Shown here piece after piece: positions 9,443 through 19,527 of a stretch of 64,000 nucleotides of DNA. Origin of the DNA: Candidatus Sumerlaeia bacterium. Lineage in GTDB: Bacteria; Sumerlaeota; Sumerlaeia; SLMS01. The translations under genes were made by a program, and so were the position numbers. The stretch's first letter is position 1. Each line of letters opens with the position of its first letter. The stretch spans positions 2,697 through 66,696 of the forward strand of contig JBBQYG010000003.1 of NCBI GenBank assembly GCA_038208905.1, given 5' to 3'. The notes below the pieces were generated by a model. The model saw only the letters and a list, made by a program, of their open reading frames with translations, made no database searches and was not told the DNA's origin.

Positions 9443-11761
9443 ATGCGCCTTGCCGTTTCGCTCCAGTCGCCCGTTCCCCCAGTCCTGATGGCACTGGCCC
9501 TTGCGCTCGCCGCCACCGCAGGCCGGTCCGGTGCGGTACCGTCTCCCATATGGGAGGATTTTGCCGCCAATTCCGGCACGGCGACCCAGCCAATTCTCCC
9601 CGATTTCTCGTACTCGGGCTATCGCCAGGGGGAGGTGGGCATCCCCACCGTTGCCCACACCGTCTTCGATGTGACATCCTATGGCGCGATTCCCAACGAC
9701 GGCCAGATGGACGGACCAGCAATTCAGGCGGCGATTGTCGCGGCGGAGGCAAATGGCTCGGGCATCGTCTTCTTTCCTCCCGGCCGGTTTCACCTCAACA
9801 CCGCCTCCGACGTGGGCACCTCGATCATGATCCACGGCAGCAACATCGTCCTGCGCGGCAGCGGCCAGGGCCCCGGCGGCACCGAACTTTTCATGGAGAG
9901 GAATTTCGAGCCGGCCTCGCCGACGGATTTGGCATCCACACCCTTCATGTTCATCGCCGTTCCCACTGTGGTTGGTGACCCCACGCGCGCCACCATCACC
10001 GCCAACGCCGCGCGGGGAACGCGTATCCTGCAAGTCAGCACGATTTCGGGCCTGGTCGCCGGCGACTGGGTCAGCCTCTATCTCACCGACATCGACGCCG
10101 TGCCGGACTTCCTCGCGCCCTACTCCGCCGATCCCGCGTGGACGGACCTCTCCACTTCCGGAATCCTCGTGAGGGAGCGCCACCGCATCGAGTCCATCGG
10201 CGTGGGAACCGTTACCCTGCGCGAGCCGCTCCTGACCGACATCGACGCGACGCACGACTGGACGTTGCGCGGCTACCGCCGCATGGAGGAACTCGGCTTC
10301 GAGGACATCGCCTTCATCGGCAACTGGCAGGGCCCCTTCGTCCACCATCGCAGCGCGCTCGACGACGGCGGCTGGAGTGCCCTCGACATCACGCGCGCCG
10401 TCAACTCGTGGATACGCCGCTGCACCTTCGCCAACTGGAACTATGGCGTCTTCCTCGATACTTGCTCCGCGTTCTCGATTCTTCAGGTGACGCTCGATGG
10501 CACGCCCGGGCACCACTCGATCCACGCTAGGCGCGGCACAGGGGTGCTTGTCGGGCTCTCCCGTGATTTCTCGTCCCACTGGCACGGCCCCAGCATGGGC
10601 TACCAAAGCGCCTCCACCGTTTACTGGCGCTATGGCTACAACAGCGATTCGTCCTTCGATTCCCACGGATCCCAGCCCTACTCCACGCTGCTCGATGTTG
10701 TTTCCGGAGGCCTCAAATATGGCCGCTGCGGCGGATCGATCGCTGACATGCCGAATCACCTGCGGCACTTCGTCATGTGGAACTACAATGGCACGGGCTC
10801 GCCAGTTTCCAACTTCAACTTCTGGCAGACCAGCGGCTCGCGGCAGATCTTCGTGAAGCCCATCATCGTTGGCTTTCACGGAGCCTCCACCACGTTCAAT
10901 GCCTCGGCGCTTCAGTTGCTTGAGTCCTATGGCACCCCAGTGGAACCCGAGTCGCTCTACGAGGCGCAACTCGCGCTCCGACTCGGCGCGTTGCCCCCTT
11001 GGATCCAGGACGCCAAGGGAGAGTGGGAGGCTATCAAGGCGGGCATCCCGATCCCCACACTCACGACTCCGGCCACCAACACGGTCATCATGCCTGGCGA
11101 CTCGCTCGCAATGGCCGCCAGCATTCCCGCCGAGCAGCTCGCCGCCACGGCGCGCGTCGAGTTCCTCGAAGGTGACAACGTCCTCGGCAACGATACCTCC
11201 TCGCCCTTTGGCTTCACCTGGCCTTCAGCGCCCTATGGCACCTACGCGCTGCGCGCGCGCGCCCTATCCACGGGCGGTGACGAGGGATTCTCTGGCACCG
11301 TCATCGTGTATGCGGGGCTGCTGCCCCAACCCGAGGCGATCCCCACTGGCCTTACCGTCAGCGACGCGCAGGATCCTAATCTGGGTCCGAATGCCATCGA
11401 TGACGATTTCGGCACGCGGTGGTCGGCCGAGGGCGATGGCCAGTGGATTTCCTTCGACCTCGGCGGTGTGATCCCGGTGAATCGCATCGACTTGGCATGG
11501 CACCAGGGAGACCTTCGTCGCGCCAGCTTTTCGCTGGAGCTTTCGGACAACGGCACCGACTGGAGTCGCATGCTGGACACGGAATCGAATGGTACCACGA
11601 CCGGATTCGAGACGCACTACTTCGTCGGCGGTCCCGCGCGATACGTCCGTATCGTCGGCCACGGAAACACGGTGAACGATTGGAACAGCATCACGGAGGC
11701 CGCGATCTTCAGTCCCACCGACGGTGCCGCCCGGGTGCAGGAATGGTGGATGGTCCAGTGA
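9443..11761 (+). CDS. Secreted pectate-lyase-superfamily (PF12708-type, GH28/GH55-like) beta-helix hydrolase with C-terminal F5/8 type C (discoidin) domain
   Basis: Signal peptide MALALALAATAGRSGA. N-terminal SYGAIPNDGQMDGPAIQAAIVAAEANGSGIVFFPPGRFHL matches the Pectate_lyase_3 motif. C-terminal GPNAIDDDFGTRWSAEGDGQWISFDLGG...DLAWHQGDLRRASF matches discoidin. Confidence 0.65.
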   Translation: MRLAVSLQSPVPPVLMALALALAATAGRSGAVPSPIWEDFAANSGTATQPILPDFSYSGYRQGEVGIPTVAHTVFDVTSYGAIPNDGQMDGPAIQAAIVAAEANGSGIVFFPPGRFHLNTASDVGTSIMIHGSNIVLRGSGQGPGGTELFMERNFEPASPTDLASTPFMFIAVPTVVGDPTRATITANAARGTRILQVSTISGLVAGDWVSLYLTDIDAVPDFLAPYSADPAWTDLSTSGILVRERHRIESIGVGTVTLREPLLTDIDATHDWTLRGYRRMEELGFEDIAFIGNWQGPFVHHRSALDDGGWSALDITRAVNSWIRRCTFANWNYGVFLDTCSAFSILQVTLDGTPGHHSIHARRGTGVLVGLSRDFSSHWHGPSMGYQSASTVYWRYGYNSDSSFDSHGSQPYSTLLDVVSGGLKYGRCGGSIADMPNHLRHFVMWNYNGTGSPVSNFNFWQTSGSRQIFVKPIIVGFHGASTTFNASALQLLESYGTPVEPESLYEAQLALRLGALPPWIQDAKGEWEAIKAGIPIPTLTTPATNTVIMPGDSLAMAASIPAEQLAATARVEFLEGDNVLGNDTSSPFGFTWPSAPYGTYALRARALSTGGDEGFSGTVIVYAGLLPQPEAIPTGLTVSDAQDPNLGPNAIDDDFGTRWSAEGDGQWISFDLGGVIPVNRIDLAWHQGDLRRASFSLELSDNGTDWSRMLDTESNGTTTGFETHYFVGGPARYVRIVGHGNTVNDWNSITEAAIFSPTDGAARVQEWWMVQ

Positions 11762-11783
11762 CTGCGGCACCACGCGGGACGCC

Positions 11784-12800
11784 ATGAGAAAGACAAGAAT
11801 CCTCCACATCGCGCAGGACCAACCCGATCCCCGAATCTGGAGCGCTGTCTTCGTCCAGGCGCTGAAGGAGTTCGGCGAAATCGAGCTCGTCGCAGGCGGG
11901 CAGTCGATCCCCGATGCCGAACGCGCGCGCATGATCCGCGACTGCGAGATCCTTCTAACGTGCTGGGGCGCGCAACGCTGCCCCGAGGAACTCGCGAGCG
12001 ATCCCGGCCAGCTTAAGTATATCTGCAACATCACGGGCGAACTGGCGCGGTTCCTACCCGTCGAGTTCATTGACGCGGGAATTCGCGTCAGCAACTGGGG
12101 GGACTATCCCGCCATCGGCGTGGCAGAGGGCGCAATGTCGCTCCTGTTGGCGACACTCAAGGACACCCACTACCAGATCCAAAACGTCCGAAACGATGGC
12201 TGGAAGATGGACATGCACTATCGCGGCGGCTCCCTCTACGATGCCGAGGTCGCCATCTACGGCCTCGGCGTCATCGGCCAGCGCTTCCTCGAACTCATCC
12301 GCCCCTTCGGAGCGAAGCTCCGGCTGTACGACCCCTATCTTGGCCAAACGCCCGATGGCTGCGTCCGCTGCCACTCGCTCGAAGAAATGATGGAGGGCGC
12401 GCAGATCCTCGTGATTCACGCAGCCCTCACCGACGAGACCCGCGGATCCATCACGGCGGATCTTCTCGCGAAACTACCGCGCCACGGCGTCGTCATCAAC
12501 ACAGCCCGCGGCGGCATCATCGATCAGACCGCGCTGTTCCACGAGCTGGAGAGCGGTCGCCTTCGTGCCGGCCTGGACGTGCTGGAGCCCGACCATCTGG
12601 CGGAGGACCACCCCGCCCGCCGCTGGGAAAACCTGATCCTGACCGCCCACCGCGTTGACCACGGATGGCCAGACTTCAACGAGCCACCCACCCGACTGAA
12701 TCGAATGCAGGAAATCTGCATCGACAATATCGGGCGCCACCTCTCGGGAGAGAAACCTCGCTTCCTCTACGACCGCGCGCGCTACCTTAGGAGCACTTGA
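11784..12800 (+). CDS. D-isomer-specific 2-hydroxyacid dehydrogenase family (NAD-binding)
   Basis: Start at internal MRKTRILHI. NAD-binding AIYGLGVIGQRFLELIRPFGAKLRLYDPY and catalytic-domain VVINTARGGIIDQTALFHELESGRLRAGLDVLEPD. TGA stop at 12798-12800. Confidence 0.75.
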   Translation: MRKTRILHIAQDQPDPRIWSAVFVQALKEFGEIELVAGGQSIPDAERARMIRDCEILLTCWGAQRCPEELASDPGQLKYICNITGELARFLPVEFIDAGIRVSNWGDYPAIGVAEGAMSLLLATLKDTHYQIQNVRNDGWKMDMHYRGGSLYDAEVAIYGLGVIGQRFLELIRPFGAKLRLYDPYLGQTPDGCVRCHSLEEMMEGAQILVIHAALTDETRGSITADLLAKLPRHGVVINTARGGIIDQTALFHELESGRLRAGLDVLEPDHLAEDHPARRWENLILTAHRVDHGWPDFNEPPTRLNRMQEICIDNIGRHLSGEKPRFLYDRARYLRST

Positions 12801-14200
12801 GCGTGACCATCCGCCCGCTGATCGCCGCCATGTCACTTACACTGTCATCCGCCGCACTCCCCGCCGCAGAGCCCTTCCCTGATGGCGCCCGCGTGGTGCT
12901 CTTTGGCGACAGCATCACGCACAATGGCTTCTATGGAACCTACATCGCGCACTTCTACGAGACGCGCTTTCCAGACCGGAAGGTGGAGTTCATCAACGCC
13001 GGAACCAGCGGCGGCAATACCACCGACGGATTCGACCGCATCGAGTGGGACGTGCTTTCCCACAACCCCACCGACGTCGTCATCAACTTCGGCATGAACG
13101 ATGTGGGAACCTCCCAATACACCGGCCCGGAGCCCGCGCGCACGCGCACCACCGACGGCATGGTTTCGCGCTTTGAGGAGCGGATGACCGAGATTCTCGA
13201 TAGGCTGAAGGGCGCTGGCATCAAGAGGATCATCCTCACGATTCCCACACCTTATGACCAGACAGGCAATCACGAGCGCGAGAGCGCGGTCGGCAAGAAC
13301 GACGCGATCATCCGATGCGGAGAGGCGCTGAAGCGCTTCGCCGCCGAGCGCCAGCTCCCACTCGTGGATTTCAATTCAACCCTCCTGGCCCTGAACGCAA
13401 AGTATCAACCCGCTGATCCCAGCTTCACCACCATCAGCCCCGACCGCGTGCATCCCGGCAAGCCTGGTCACCTCGTGATGACGTCGGAGTTCCTAAAAGC
13501 TCAGGGGCTTGCCACTTCCGTTTGGGAGGCGCGCATCGACCTCGCCAAGCAAGGCGACGCTACCGCCGAAACAACCCGCGCCAAGATTTCCGCCATTCAG
13601 CAGTCGGCGGATTCCGTCACTTGGACAATGGAGTTGGAGGCGATTCCCTTCACCGTGGATGCGGAGCCCGAAGCCTCGACCAAGCCATCCGCCCTTCCCG
13701 CGCTGGAGTGGATTCCCTTCGAGTCGCAATTCAACCGGGAGATCCTTCGCATCGATGGCCTTTCCGCCGGACGCTGGGAACTCCGCATGAACGACAGGGA
13801 CGTGGGCACCTACTCGGCGGATGCGCTGGCGATGGGCATCGATTTGCGGCGCGCGGAGGGGACTCCCCAGAAGGAACTCTCCCTCAAGATGCTGAACCTC
13901 GCGCTCGACCGGCGCGAGGAGGAGCGTAAGCTCCGCGCGGAATCCTGGATTCGCACGCGCGTCCTCGAACCCGCCGGCGTGGACGTCACCGATTTCGCGG
14001 CCTGCGACGCGGCAATTGCGGAATGGAGAAAGGCCGATGACTTTCAGGATGGATGGAATCGCTACGCCGAGCAGTATGTCGAGTTTCGTTCCGCCGAGAG
14101 CATTGCCAAGGTCCAGGCGCGCATCGACGCCTTGAAGGCCCAAATCCGGGCGGAGGCCCAGCTGGCGCCGGTTGCCTGTGTCCTGCGCCGTGTCACCTGA
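12797..14200 (+). CDS. SGNH/GDSL-family hydrolase (esterase), secreted
   Basis: Signal peptide followed by VVLFGDSITHNGFY (block I GDS), GGNTTDG and INFGMNDV blocks. The start could be TTG 12797 or GTG 12803, overlapping the upstream stop. Confidence 0.65.
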   Translation: MSVTIRPLIAAMSLTLSSAALPAAEPFPDGARVVLFGDSITHNGFYGTYIAHFYETRFPDRKVEFINAGTSGGNTTDGFDRIEWDVLSHNPTDVVINFGMNDVGTSQYTGPEPARTRTTDGMVSRFEERMTEILDRLKGAGIKRIILTIPTPYDQTGNHERESAVGKNDAIIRCGEALKRFAAERQLPLVDFNSTLLALNAKYQPADPSFTTISPDRVHPGKPGHLVMTSEFLKAQGLATSVWEARIDLAKQGDATAETTRAKISAIQQSADSVTWTMELEAIPFTVDAEPEASTKPSALPALEWIPFESQFNREILRIDGLSAGRWELRMNDRDVGTYSADALAMGIDLRRAEGTPQKELSLKMLNLALDRREEERKLRAESWIRTRVLEPAGVDVTDFAACDAAIAEWRKADDFQDGWNRYAEQYVEFRSAESIAKVQARIDALKAQIRAEAQLAPVACVLRRVT

Positions 14201-14265
14201 TCGTCCTTTCGAATGCAGGAGGCCATTGACCCGCCGCCGGGAATGGCGCCCGATGACGCATCCGA

Positions 14266-15603
14266 ATGTCCGGGGATAGTGCCATCGTGCCGAGTCTTTG
14301 CCGCCGTGCCTCGCTGCCTGCTGGTTTCCGACTATTTTGCGGGACGCTTATCGCCGCGCCACTCCTTCTTTCCTGTGGGCGAGAGGAGAAACGGAACGGT
14401 GGAGGAGATTCCGACACCGTCCTGCGGATGAAAGTCGATCGCGTGGGCATGTCGGGAAAGCTCCTCGGCCAGATCAGCCAGGAATACTTCGAGGAATCAG
14501 GTGTGCGCGTCGAGTTCGAGGCCACCGAGATGGATACCTCCGTACGCCTAACAAAAACTCAGCAGTACCTTAACAGCCGATCGACGGGGATCGATGTCTT
14601 CGAGATCGACGTAATATGGCCGGGACTAATTGGGGACCAACTTCTCGACCTCACCCCCTCCATGAAGGGCAGCTTCGCCGATTTCCTTCCCTCGCTGATC
14701 CAGAACAACACCTACACCGGCCGCCTGGTGGCGATTCCCTACTACGTGGACTTCGGGCTTCTGTACTACCGGACGGATCTTCTGGCGAAGTATGGCTATG
14801 AGGCGCCCCCGGCCACGTGGGCCGAGCTGGAGGAGATGGCGGCACGCATCCAGGCGGGGGAGCGCGAAGCGGGCGTCGCCGATTTCCACGGCTTCGTGTT
14901 CCACGGCGCCGCGAGAGAGGGGCTTACCTGCGCCTTTCTCGAATGGTCCGCCAGCGACGGGGGAGGCACCATGGTCGAGCCCGACGGCACCATCAGCATC
15001 AACAATCCCAAGGCTGCCGCCGCCATCGACCGCGCGGCCCGGTGGATGGGCACGATCACTTCCAGCGATGCCCTGTCGATGGACGAGGAGGGCGCCCGCA
15101 TTGCCTTTCAGGGTGGTCACGCGGCCTTTATGCGCAACTGGACCTATGCCTACGCCTACATGAATCAGGGCGATTCCGGCGTGCGCGGCAAATTTGCCGT
15201 CACTCAGATCCCCGCTGGCGAGACTGGTCACCGCGCGACGCTCGGCGGATGGCAGCTCGCGGTGTCACGCTACTCCACCCACACGGCGGAGGCCACCCGC
15301 TTCGCGCTCTGGATGACCGACCGAAAGAACCAGCTCCGCCGCGCCGTGGAGGGCGGCTACGCTCCCACGCGGCCGTCCCTCTATGCCTCGCCGGAACTGC
15401 GGGAGGCGATGCCCCACTTCGCCAATGTGCTGCCGATGCTCGAGCAATCCTGCGTCCGCCCCTCCACCGTCACCGGGCCCAGCTATCCCCAGATTTCGTC
15501 GGCCACCTATAGCACCGTGCATCGCGCCCTTAAGGGCGAGATGACCGGGGCCGAAGCCGTCGCCCACCTCGACAAAACCTATCGCGAAATCCTCGGCCAG
15601 TAG
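14266..15603 (+). CDS. ABC-transporter solute-binding lipoprotein (family 1, sugar-type), orphan (no permease genes adjacent)
   Basis: Lipobox LIAAPLLLSCG. SBP_bac_1-like composition (YYVDFGLLYYRTDLLAKYG, GWQLAVSRYS). No adjacent membrane-permease or ATPase ORFs. Confidence 0.6.
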   Translation: MSGDSAIVPSLCRRASLPAGFRLFCGTLIAAPLLLSCGREEKRNGGGDSDTVLRMKVDRVGMSGKLLGQISQEYFEESGVRVEFEATEMDTSVRLTKTQQYLNSRSTGIDVFEIDVIWPGLIGDQLLDLTPSMKGSFADFLPSLIQNNTYTGRLVAIPYYVDFGLLYYRTDLLAKYGYEAPPATWAELEEMAARIQAGEREAGVADFHGFVFHGAAREGLTCAFLEWSASDGGGTMVEPDGTISINNPKAAAAIDRAARWMGTITSSDALSMDEEGARIAFQGGHAAFMRNWTYAYAYMNQGDSGVRGKFAVTQIPAGETGHRATLGGWQLAVSRYSTHTAEATRFALWMTDRKNQLRRAVEGGYAPTRPSLYASPELREAMPHFANVLPMLEQSCVRPSTVTGPSYPQISSATYSTVHRALKGEMTGAEAVAHLDKTYREILGQ

Positions 15604-15609
15604 CCGCGT

Positions 15610-18147
15610 TCAGCCGCCAGATTCCTCGCCGGCCAGCGCGCGGGTCGCGATCCGGTCGGAACTGCCGCGGCCTCGATCGTCGATTCCCGCTTCCACCACG
15701 CCCAGCGATTCCGTGCTCACATGGAGCCGGGCCGCCAGCGCCGCCAGCGCGGGAATCTGGCCTGGTCGCGGCGCAGGCGATGACGCCGCTCCACGCAGGA
15801 ATGCCGGCAGCGCGCGTCCATGCACCAGCGCAAACACGATGTTCTGCGCCTCCCACAAGTCGGGTTTCGCCTTCAGCAACTCCAGCACTTCAAGCAGCGA
15901 GATCGCCACGGTGCACAGCGACTCCGTTGGCGCAACGGCCAGCTCCCGAAACACCCGCCCCAGCGCCAGCCCCAGCGGCCGCGCCACCATTTCCTCGTTC
16001 ATCCTGGCGTCGTACCGCGCCGCCTCGCGGGCGGTCTCCATCATCGGGGAAGCATCCGCCGTGCGCAGGAAGTCGTCGAGCTGCGAGACAAGGCGCCCCT
16101 GAAGCACGAACTCCGCCGCCGCCAGAAAGCTCTTGGGAAGCGGCGCGCCCATCTCCAGCAGATAGTCCATGAACTTGCGATTCTCTTCGTAGATGCGATT
16201 GATCGTGTCGTCGAAGCGGCGGAACGAGTCGTCGGTGATGCGGCGCAGCAGGTCGCGGCGCCCCTCCGCAAAGAGGTGGTTGATCGAATAGTACGATCGC
16301 CCAAAGTGCTCGTCCAGCGCGCGTACGAGATCCGTCAGGGAGCGCTTGTGGTATGCGGTGAACAGGTCGTCGCGAAGCTTCTCGTAGGCCGAGAAACCCA
16401 GCGGCGCCGCGATCGAGCATCGGAAGTCGTGGCCGCCAAAGTGCAGCACAGCCGCGGTGGCCTCCAGCGATTCGCCGTCCACCAGGGAGCGTGCCGTCAC
16501 GCGGGAGAGCTTAAGTCGCGAATTTCCAAAGGACGTCGTCACCGCGTCGCGCTCGCGAATTTCGTATCGATAGACCAGGCGCGGCTCCTCCCCCACGCGG
16601 TCGAATGATGTGATTGCGTGATGGGCCACCACGCGCTGCATATCCACGATGGCCGGGCGCACCCACAGGCGATGCGCCACGGCGGCGTTGCGGATCTCCG
16701 GCAAGTTGCTCGGGCAGTTCTTCAGTAGCTCCAGGTACTCGTTCTCGATCTGCGGATGCTGCGGTTGCAGAAGCTGCATCAGGCGCCCCGCGTATTTCAG
16801 GTTCTGGACGCCCTCCAGCCCTGTCACTTCGTCGAAGAACCACGCGCAACTCGTCCACACGAGCTGCGCCATCCTCATCGTCTCCATCAGGCGCAGGATA
16901 TCGACTCCCTCTTCGGGTGACGCGCCTCGGAGCGCCTCCTCCGCCAGAAAGCGGCGAAACGCCTCGGGATTCGGGTCCAGAAGGACGTGTATATACCGAA
17001 GCAGCGCACCCTCCGGATCGCGAAGGCACTGCGGCGCCAGCGCGCCATAGGTTTCATCCGCCCGCGCGGAGAGCGCCCGGAACGCTTCCCGCAACGGCTT
17101 GCGCCAACGCTGGTGCCACCCCGGCTTCGTGCCCGAGTTGCAGCCACAGTCCGCGCGCCAGCGCTCCACCCCATGCACGCAGGACCACGAGGAATTGTTC
17201 CACACCTGCGCCTCGGCGTGGGGCGCGTGGTTCTCAAGATACTCGCCGTAGTTGGTCAGTCTCGCCCACCCTTCGCGCTCGATCAGGTGAAGGGCGTATG
17301 CCAGCGCCATCTCTCCGTGGCGGTGGTGGTGGCCATAGCTCTCGCCGTCCGTCGCGATGTTCAGGAGCTGCGACCACGGGCGCTCGTCGTCGAAACCCTG
17401 CATCAGCCGCGCCGCAAACGCATTGCCGTCGTTCAGCAACCCCTCAAAGGCGATGGCCTGGCTGATGGGCCCGTCATAGAAAAATAGGACAATACTGCGG
17501 CCCGATGGCAGCGGGCACACATACGGCCGCGTGGGATCGATGCGTGAACCTTCCGCCGATATCCATTCCCGCAAGGGAGCGGCCATCTCGCGAACGCGCC
17601 GCGCCTGCCGGGGGGCCAGCACTGTATAGACAACGCCGTTCGCCGCCAGGCACTCCAGCGTGGCGATGTCCACCGCGCACTCCGGCAGCCACATCCCCTC
17701 GGCATCGCGGCGAAAGCGGTGGCGGAAGTCCTCCAGCCCCCACACAACCTGCACCTGCTTTTCCCGCTCCGTGGCCAGCGGCAGGATCGTGTGGTTGTAG
17801 GCTTGGGCGATCGCGTTGCCGTGGCCGGAACGCTCGCCGACGGACGCCGCGTCGGCGTCGAGGATCTCCCCATAGATGTCCGGCCGGCATTCCTCCATCC
17901 AACCCAGCAGCGTGGGGCCGAAGTTGAAGCTGATCCGACGGAAGTTATTGCGGATGTCCAAAATCCGCCCCTCCCACGTGCTGATCCGCGCCGCAGCGTT
18001 TCGGCCATAGCATTCCGCCGCAATGCGTGTGTTCCAGTCGCGGTGGGGCCGCGCGGACTCCTGAGCCTCCACGGCATGGAGCCACGGATTCTCCCTCGGG
18101 GGTTGATAGAAATGACCGTGAATGCACAGGAAGCGGCGCGAGAGCAT
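15610..18147 (-). CDS. Glycoside hydrolase family 57 (alpha-amylase/4-alpha-glucanotransferase family) with long C-terminal extension (DUF3536-like)
   Basis: GH57 signature CIHGHFYQPPRENPW near the N-terminus. Start taken at internal MLSRRFLCIHGH (the ORF-track start 18324 is upstream). ~845 aa. Confidence 0.75.
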   Translation of the reverse strand: MLSRRFLCIHGHFYQPPRENPWLHAVEAQESARPHRDWNTRIAAECYGRNAAARISTWEGRILDIRNNFRRISFNFGPTLLGWMEECRPDIYGEILDADAASVGERSGHGNAIAQAYNHTILPLATEREKQVQVVWGLEDFRHRFRRDAEGMWLPECAVDIATLECLAANGVVYTVLAPRQARRVREMAAPLREWISAEGSRIDPTRPYVCPLPSGRSIVLFFYDGPISQAIAFEGLLNDGNAFAARLMQGFDDERPWSQLLNIATDGESYGHHHRHGEMALAYALHLIEREGWARLTNYGEYLENHAPHAEAQVWNNSSWSCVHGVERWRADCGCNSGTKPGWHQRWRKPLREAFRALSARADETYGALAPQCLRDPEGALLRYIHVLLDPNPEAFRRFLAEEALRGASPEEGVDILRLMETMRMAQLVWTSCAWFFDEVTGLEGVQNLKYAGRLMQLLQPQHPQIENEYLELLKNCPSNLPEIRNAAVAHRLWVRPAIVDMQRVVAHHAITSFDRVGEEPRLVYRYEIRERDAVTTSFGNSRLKLSRVTARSLVDGESLEATAAVLHFGGHDFRCSIAAPLGFSAYEKLRDDLFTAYHKRSLTDLVRALDEHFGRSYYSINHLFAEGRRDLLRRITDDSFRRFDDTINRIYEENRKFMDYLLEMGAPLPKSFLAAAEFVLQGRLVSQLDDFLRTADASPMMETAREAARYDARMNEEMVARPLGLALGRVFRELAVAPTESLCTVAISLLEVLELLKAKPDLWEAQNIVFALVHGRALPAFLRGAASSPAPRPGQIPALAALAARLHVSTESLGVVEAGIDDRGRGSSDRIATRALAGEESGG

Positions 18148-18295
18148 GAATTGTTTGTCGGTGGATAGGGGGATCGATGCCTCAAGAAACCACCTCGGTC
18201 TCGTTCCAGACAAGCGGAGTCCCCCCATCCTGCAAGGAACAACGCGCAACGGCTTTAGTAGCGGTCGATATTTCGATGGTCTATCGAATTTATGT

Positions 18296-18324
18296 TTGAC
18301 ATACCAAACAGATCGAGCATACAC
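18296..18324 (+). promoter_or_regulatory. Candidate sigma70-like promoter for the pseudopilin gene (TTGACA -35, 17-bp spacer, ATACAC -10)
   Basis: Lies in a lower-GC divergent intergenic region between the GH57 gene and the pseudopilin gene. The -10 element is weak. Coordinates are +/-1. Confidence 0.25.
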
Positions 18325-18368
18325 CCACCCCGCCTCCGATGGAGGCTACTGTCAACAGGGGCTGCTCC

Positions 18369-19091
18369 ATGAAAATCACCCGATCCGGGTTCACGTTGAT
18401 CGAACTGCTCATCGTCGTCGCCATCATCGCCATCCTCGCCGCCATCGCCGTCCCCAATTTTCTTGAGGCACAGACGCGCGCCAAGGTTTCGCGAGTCCTT
18501 GCCGATCACCGTTCCATGGCCACTGGCCTCGCGGCCTATCGGGTCGATCACAACAACTATCCCGAGGGGACCGATCAACCCGCCCGCTATCCAGAGGGCT
18601 TGTCGGACTTTTTCGGCCCATTGGCGCCGGGCTACTACACGTTTGCCACGCGCACGCCCGATGGGCGCACCGCCGGAAACGGCAGCTTTGCCACCCTCAC
18701 AACGCCGATTTCCTATGCCTCAGTTCCCTTCGAGGACCCCTTCGCGGCCCAGCAAGGCGCCCGCGTCCACTATCAATACCGCAATGCCAAGGACACCAAG
18801 AACGGCTACATCATCACCAGTGTAGGTCCCGACGCCGACCTGCTGGCGGCCAATGGCAAGGGGACCACGAATACCAACCCGCTCTCCACGTTCTCCGACA
18901 CAGGCAACCCATCGCGCATCGGCGACATCAACGAGCGGGGCGTGATCCACTACATCGAGAACACCAACGCGACGATCGTGAACGCGGTAGATACAGGATA
19001 CGGTTCGCTGCGAGCGGCGCTGGGAGACCTGACCTACGATCCCACCAACGGCACCGTCAGCGACGGCGACCTCTATCGGCTCGACTACTGA
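18369..19091 (+). CDS. Type II secretion/type IV pilin-like pseudopilin (prepilin N-terminal cleavage/methylation domain), GspG-like
   Basis: Start at internal MKITRSGFTLIELLIVVAIIAILAAIAVPNFLEAQTRAKVSR, the canonical class III signal (G-FTLIELL). 240 aa, longer than classical GspG. Confidence 0.8.
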   Translation: MKITRSGFTLIELLIVVAIIAILAAIAVPNFLEAQTRAKVSRVLADHRSMATGLAAYRVDHNNYPEGTDQPARYPEGLSDFFGPLAPGYYTFATRTPDGRTAGNGSFATLTTPISYASVPFEDPFAAQQGARVHYQYRNAKDTKNGYIITSVGPDADLLAANGKGTTNTNPLSTFSDTGNPSRIGDINERGVIHYIENTNATIVNAVDTGYGSLRAALGDLTYDPTNGTVSDGDLYRLDY

Positions 19092-19127
19092 CTTCGTGTT
19101 GCGGCAAGGGGGGACTACATATCCGCA

Positions 19128-19448
19128 CTAGGTCGCGCGCCCCTTCGGCGCGCGCGACGCGTTTTCACGGCGCCGCTTGGCCGACGCACCGTGGGGCGAC
19201 GGCACCCCATCGCCCGAGGGCTCGACCGCCAGATGGTGGCGGGCCGATTCGCCAGCGGGGGCAATCGCCTGGCGGCGACGATGGGCCTCGCGCTGGGCCG
19301 CTACGGCGAGCGCATAGATGGATCGCAGTTCGTCGTCGGTCAGTTGCGACAATCTGCCCATGTAAGCGGACATGCTCCCCTGACGAACAAGCCCCATAAA
19401 CAGGCGTTCCTCGGGGGTCAGCGGAGACTCAACGGGATGATTCGTCAT
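19128..19448 (-). CDS. Small hypothetical protein (weakly supported)
   Basis: 106-aa ORF. The N-terminal part is protein-like (LTPEERLFMGLVRQG...DDELRSIYALAVAAQREA), but the C-terminal tail is low-complexity and overlaps the terminator hairpin. Confidence 0.3.
   Translation of the reverse strand: MTNHPVESPLTPEERLFMGLVRQGSMSAYMGRLSQLTDDELRSIYALAVAAQREAHRRRQAIAPAGESARHHLAVEPSGDGVPSPHGASAKRRRENASRAPKGRAT
19132..19166 (+). terminator. Rho-independent terminator candidate after pseudopilin gene (10-bp GC stem GTCGCGCGCC/GGCGCGCGAC, loop, GCGTTTT)
   Basis: The stem is read directly from the sequence. The T tract is short (4 T). The hairpin overlaps the 3' end of the convergent small ORF 19128-19448. 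Confidence 0.45.
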
Positions 19449-19527
19449 GGCACGGCACCTCGCTCAGTGGGCTGGAAGGTCCGCGGCACCGGGTCTCTAA
19501 CCGGCTCGATCAAATTAGGGAGCGATT

